Shown here one piece after another: positions 60,255 through 64,000 of a stretch of 64,000 nt of DNA. The position numbers were made by a program, and so were the translations under genes. Each line of letters begins with the position of its first letter. Within the stretch, counting starts at the first letter, position 1. The stretch is taken from IMG/VR virus record IMGVR_UViG_3300005056_000001, positions 186,001 through 250,000 of that record. The stretch is one strand, 5' to 3'. The notes beneath the pieces were generated by a model. The model searched no databases and was not told where the DNA came from. It saw only the letters and a list, made by a program, of their open reading frames with translations.

Positions 60255-60695
60255 ATGGAAGAAGCTTACAAAGATTCGAAAAAATACACAATAACCACAG
60301 TGGATACTCATGACGGGAATGGTGTTCTTTTGGACACTAAATACCATGTCAGGGCAAAAATATTCTTTGGCAAACTTCGTAGATACCTAAAGATTGCTAC
60401 GTATCATAGATGTCCTAACACACATTATCAAAGTCTTGAGTATAGGCAGTCAATTTTCTCCAAGAAAGAACACGCCGAAAACTATATAGAAAAATTCACA
60501 ATTGGAGGATGGGAGATGTATATGAAATACAAAATCGTTAAGTGTTTACATTACGACTTAATGTCCGAGAGGTTTGTTATAGTTTATAGGAGTGGATGTG
60601 CCGACAAGTGTCATAATATATACATCGAATGTGATACCCTTCAAGCAGCAAAGGATAAGATACAGAGTTGGGAACGTACATCAAGTATAAGATAA
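60255..60695 (+). CDS. hypothetical protein (distant paralog C2)
   Basis: DG...L.TKYHV...IFFG shared with C1 and C3. Confidence 0.7.
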   Translation: MEEAYKDSKKYTITTVDTHDGNGVLLDTKYHVRAKIFFGKLRRYLKIATYHRCPNTHYQSLEYRQSIFSKKEHAENYIEKFTIGGWEMYMKYKIVKCLHYDLMSERFVIVYRSGCADKCHNIYIECDTLQAAKDKIQSWERTSSIR

Positions 60696-60837
60696 TAATG
60701 TATCAATATTCATTTAAAATATACAGAAAGGGTTGATATATAATGGATATATAATGGATATATACAGAAGCGTTAAAATCCGTACTCGTATTTGTGGTAC
60801 GGACGGTTCTCTAGTTGGATAGGTCACTAATAAAAAT

Positions 60838-61227
60838 ATGAAAAATATGAAAAAATACAGAATAAAGACAAAGAAAATTTTTGACGGTGAAAACAACCCG
60901 CTCAAGTCTAAGTATCATGTTGTAAAACCGATATTTTTTGGTTGGATTGAGCTGTCAACATATTTCTTTGGCTTCAACCATGAAATATCTCACCTAAGCA
61001 CACACAAGGCTATTTTCGACACGATTGAAGTTGCCAATAATTACATTAACAACTACACGAATGATCTTGCGTACATACATAACGGTTATAAAATAATCAA
61101 GTATTTACACGACGACATGACGACGGAGGGGTTTGTATTGATTAATGATGCGGGACATCACTTACCACACGAAACGTTATATGCGGCAAAGGATACAGCG
61201 AATAGATTCGCATTCAAAAATAAGTAA
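60838..61227 (+). CDS. hypothetical protein (paralog C3)
   Basis: LKSKYHVV.PIFFGWIELSTYFF shared with C1. Confidence 0.7.
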   Translation: MKNMKKYRIKTKKIFDGENNPLKSKYHVVKPIFFGWIELSTYFFGFNHEISHLSTHKAIFDTIEVANNYINNYTNDLAYIHNGYKIIKYLHDDMTTEGFVLINDAGHHLPHETLYAAKDTANRFAFKNK

Positions 61228-61262
61228 ATGGAAGAATCTTGCAGAATCGTTAAAATAATGTT

Positions 61263-61309
61263 AAAATCCGTACTCACATTTGTGGGTATGGATTTTTTGT
61301 TTATATTTG
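61263..61309 (+). promoter_or_regulatory. stem-loop overlapping a TTTG-N19-TATATTTG promoter
   Basis: Exact match to the Bacteroidota -33/-7 consensus. Confidence 0.7.
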
Positions 61310-61351
61310 TAAGGCAATCAATTATAACACTCGTTTAAAATAATATCAACC

Positions 61352-61810
61352 ATGGACAAAGTAACTTTTCAGGAACTAAAAAATGCAAAGATTAAAAATA
61401 TTAACAGAGATATGTCAATTCTAAAAAAGGTGACAAGCTCAAAAATCACATCCTGTTTGGGTATGGAGGATGTCAAAGAATTTAAGACATCCTTACGTCT
61501 TGGGCATGTTGTGGGTCTAACCGTTTTTACGGTAGGCGAATATGACGTCTTTGATATCATATTTACTGTAAACGATTTTTACGACAGCGTGAGCGATAAC
61601 GCAACACTAGAGGAATATATGGACAATGCAGTTTCTGTTATAAGATCCTTCACAGTCGATGGTTGTGTGTGTCAAGTAGGCGACACATCACAAGCAAAGC
61701 TTTTGAGTAGCGTTTCTGACAATATAGACCTCATCGAGGATATATTATATAGTGCTGCCAAGGAAATGTTTGTTCTTATGCTTGAGATGTCGGTTGCAAG
61801 TTTCGGTTAG
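61352..61810 (+). CDS. hypothetical protein
   Basis: 152-aa ORF. Confidence 0.7.
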   Translation: MDKVTFQELKNAKIKNINRDMSILKKVTSSKITSCLGMEDVKEFKTSLRLGHVVGLTVFTVGEYDVFDIIFTVNDFYDSVSDNATLEEYMDNAVSVIRSFTVDGCVCQVGDTSQAKLLSSVSDNIDLIEDILYSAAKEMFVLMLEMSVASFG

Positions 61811-61937
61811 ACAGAATAAAGTCAATAACCGTAAAGTGTTAAGGTTTTGTTAAAGAAATAAAAAGATTGGGCGGTGTCGCCAAAAAGAACGTACTTAGTG
61901 TCAACGAAATAATCAATAACAATTAAAAAATATCGAC

Positions 61938-62480
61938 ATGTCAAACCAACAACAACACGAACAAATAATTGAAAAATTACGCAAGATCAAGGCACTAGTA
62001 GAACAGGGTGTGGATGGTGAGGCTAATAATGCCAAGACATTGCTAAATCAACAGCTTAGAAAATATGGGCTAACAATAGAAGATCTCTCATCAAATGATA
62101 TTTTTGACTACTATGTTAAATACAAGACTGACAATGACAGACAGCTAATCGTGCAAATATGTGCAAAATTAGATATAGAAATATTCGCAGTCAGAAGAGT
62201 TAAGAAATTAAAAAAGTATTGTCTTGAATGTGATGCTATCACATATGCAGAGTTTTCGAGCATGTTGGAGTTCCATAAGACCCTTTTGGAAAAGGAAATG
62301 AAAATTTTTCTTTCGTCTTACATCCACAAACACGACTTGTTTAGTGCAAACAATGACGGAAAGAACAGACCAAAACCAACGGCTGAACAGTTGGCAGACA
62401 CTAAGGCCATGTTTGCTATGATGGGAAATCTGTCGGACAAAAAATATGAATCCAATAAGCTACGATTGGGTGAAGAGTAA
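61938..62480 (+). CDS. DUF2786-like protein
   Basis: EKLRKIKAL...G..GEA.NA...L...L.KYGL motif. Confidence 0.65.
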   Translation: MSNQQQHEQIIEKLRKIKALVEQGVDGEANNAKTLLNQQLRKYGLTIEDLSSNDIFDYYVKYKTDNDRQLIVQICAKLDIEIFAVRRVKKLKKYCLECDAITYAEFSSMLEFHKTLLEKEMKIFLSSYIHKHDLFSANNDGKNRPKPTAEQLADTKAMFAMMGNLSDKKYESNKLRLGEE

Positions 62481-62582
62481 AGTGTTAAATAAATGTTAAG
62501 GGTACGGGAATATTTGGCAATGGTTTTAATGTTCCCGTACTTAGCGTCAACGAAATAATCAATAACAAAAACAGTAATTATC

Positions 62583-62909
62583 ATGAAAAACACAACAATA
62601 TTCCAAGTGTCCATAAACAACACGGTTGTTGGTGCAATTTCGGAACACAGTCTTGTATTGGCAGTTTCACACCCTAGGGGGCAAGGTGCATGTGTGTATA
62701 AAGATATTAATACATGGCTCCTGACAATGCTAGAAAAATTTGAGAATGTCAAGGAAGCATTCGAGAGTATCGAAATGATTCCCTCAGAAGGTTTTGACTT
62801 CTTGGAAGGTTTTGAGCCGCAAGAACGTGTGATTCTAATTTTTGGGGACAATGGATTAGTCAGAATAGACTTTTGTCCTATAGAATACTTGTCAGAAATA
62901 ATCAAATAA
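62583..62909 (+). CDS. hypothetical protein
   Basis: 108 aa; duplicated promoter upstream. Confidence 0.65.
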   Translation: MKNTTIFQVSINNTVVGAISEHSLVLAVSHPRGQGACVYKDINTWLLTMLEKFENVKEAFESIEMIPSEGFDFLEGFEPQERVILIFGDNGLVRIDFCPIEYLSEIIK

Positions 62910-62943
62910 CAGTAAAAAGTAAACAAATTCAAAATTCAAAATA

Positions 62944-63213
62944 ATGCGCACAACACAAGATTTAATCGCAATACTTAAGGCCCTTAATTGTGCCAATAAT
63001 TCATATTTCATTACAGGGGCAGCATGGGAGGACAGAAACGGGACAGAACTCGCTATAAGTCTTGACCGAAACACTCCTCTAAGAGAGCAAATGGCATTCG
63101 ATGCCAAGGTAAAGTCACTAAACTTCGAGATGATCATGAATGCAACGCTCACAAGCAAGGGTGTGCATTACATCTTGGGTGTCGGCGAATTCAAATCAAC
63201 GCTCGATGAATAG
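62944..63213 (+). CDS. hypothetical protein
   Basis: 89-aa ORF. Confidence 0.6.
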   Translation: MRTTQDLIAILKALNCANNSYFITGAAWEDRNGTELAISLDRNTPLREQMAFDAKVKSLNFEMIMNATLTSKGVHYILGVGEFKSTLDE

Positions 63214-63553
63214 ACACATGATCCTTGACAAGGCATTCACACAGGAATGTCATCCGTACAACACACGCAAGGCCTTTGTTTATATGATACACAAAAAAGC
63301 CTTTGCATATTGTCCGAGTGTATGGAATTTCGATTTCGTGCCGTTAGATGGCGAACTAAAGGGGTATGTGAGGGTCAATATAAAGGATGGCGAGTTCTTC
63401 CAATTACATCGAAATGAGGTTCACCAAGAAATAGATATACCATCGGATATTATATCTTCACAGGCACCAAATGGCAATAGTCTAATTTCTGTTGTTGGAC
63501 GACCAAGAACAAGGGTGTGTATTGAAGACTTTAACCCTGAAAATGATAAATAA
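63206..63553 (+). CDS. hypothetical protein
   Basis: Start placed at MNRHM. Confidence 0.55.
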   Translation: MNRHMILDKAFTQECHPYNTRKAFVYMIHKKAFAYCPSVWNFDFVPLDGELKGYVRVNIKDGEFFQLHRNEVHQEIDIPSDIISSQAPNGNSLISVVGRPRTRVCIEDFNPENDK

Positions 63554-63586
63554 AAAAAATCCTCACCTAGTGGGGATTTTTTTTTG
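63553..63586. terminator. bidirectional terminator
   Basis: AAAAAAAATCC.CAC / GTG.GGATTTTTTTT. Confidence 0.7.
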
Positions 63587-64000
63587 TTGGTAACTGAACC
63601 GATGCACTTCCTATCTTGAACGCAATGCTTAGCTCAAATGTCCCAAAGTCGTTGTTTGTGGTTTCGCTGTCTAGTGGAATATCGTCTAGTGCAGCAAACA
63701 GAAAGTCCTTGAATGAGAATACAAATGCGGTCTGACGTTTCGTGTTTTTTATCACAATGTCAAGGCTGTCTTTGATGGTGTTCTTGTGGTTGGCCGAATA
63801 CTGCCTCTGAAAACTCTCCCACAGGAATAGGTACGACATGTATGCATCCACATGATGTAGCTCAAGTGTGACCGTCTTTGAGGACAGTCCTTGTACCCAA
63901 CTTTTTGTGCCCAATTGTGGTGCTGTTGTATGACTAAAACCACCGCCTTGTTCTTGTGTCACAAAGCTGTCTGTAAATCCGACTATATTGACCTTTTTAA
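63567..64000 (-). CDS. probable tail-tube-like structural protein (5' end outside the window)
   Basis: Beta-rich C-terminus (FSF.D....L..I.L......F.TF.LSIAF); frame open to the window edge. Confidence 0.45.
   Translation of the reverse strand, partial: KKVNIVGFTDSFVTQEQGGGFSHTTAPQLGTKSWVQGLSSKTVTLELHHVDAYMSYLFLWESFQRQYSANHKNTIKDSLDIVIKNTKRQTAFVFSFKDFLFAALDDIPLDSETTNNDFGTFELSIAFKIGSASVQLPTKKNPH

Noticed and set aside
14517-61077. Intragenic GTACATA hits (14517, 21400, 59407, 61071) as promoters
   Set aside because: They lie inside or antisense to coding sequence and are within chance expectation for a 7-mer.

Overview
This 64-kb window looks like part of a large (jumbo-type) T4-like contractile-tailed phage genome that infects a Bacteroidota host. 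Phage evidence: dense short ORFs, scattered baseplate genes (gp6-, gp25-, gp53-like), the N-terminal half of a split family-B DNA polymerase, thyA and a class II ribonucleotide reductase (nrdJ). Host evidence: TTTG-N19-TAnnTTTG promoters and A-rich start regions with no Shine-Dalgarno. nrdJ carries both a group I intron (with a LAGLIDADG gene) and a mini-intein. A complete 4,088-bp IS1595-family element with 8-bp target duplications carries hicBA, a P63C gene and a lipoprotein, and a decayed second lipoprotein cassette lies at about 47.9-49.0 kb. The most unusual signal is five LRR genes. Three sit among early-type genes. Two sit in a baseplate operon and carry an M[RK]RI[TV]E leader shared with an unrelated HExxH protein. 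The leader resembles a prohead-protease-cleaved capsid-targeting sequence, which suggests virion-packaged, injected LRR effectors (inference). Other observations: a candidate late promoter (GTACATA), a secreted DNase I-like enzyme, an orphan DUF3037 gene, two candidate structured RNAs, and several short copy-paste insertions flanked by microhomology. Family assignments come from recognising motifs by eye; no database searches were run.
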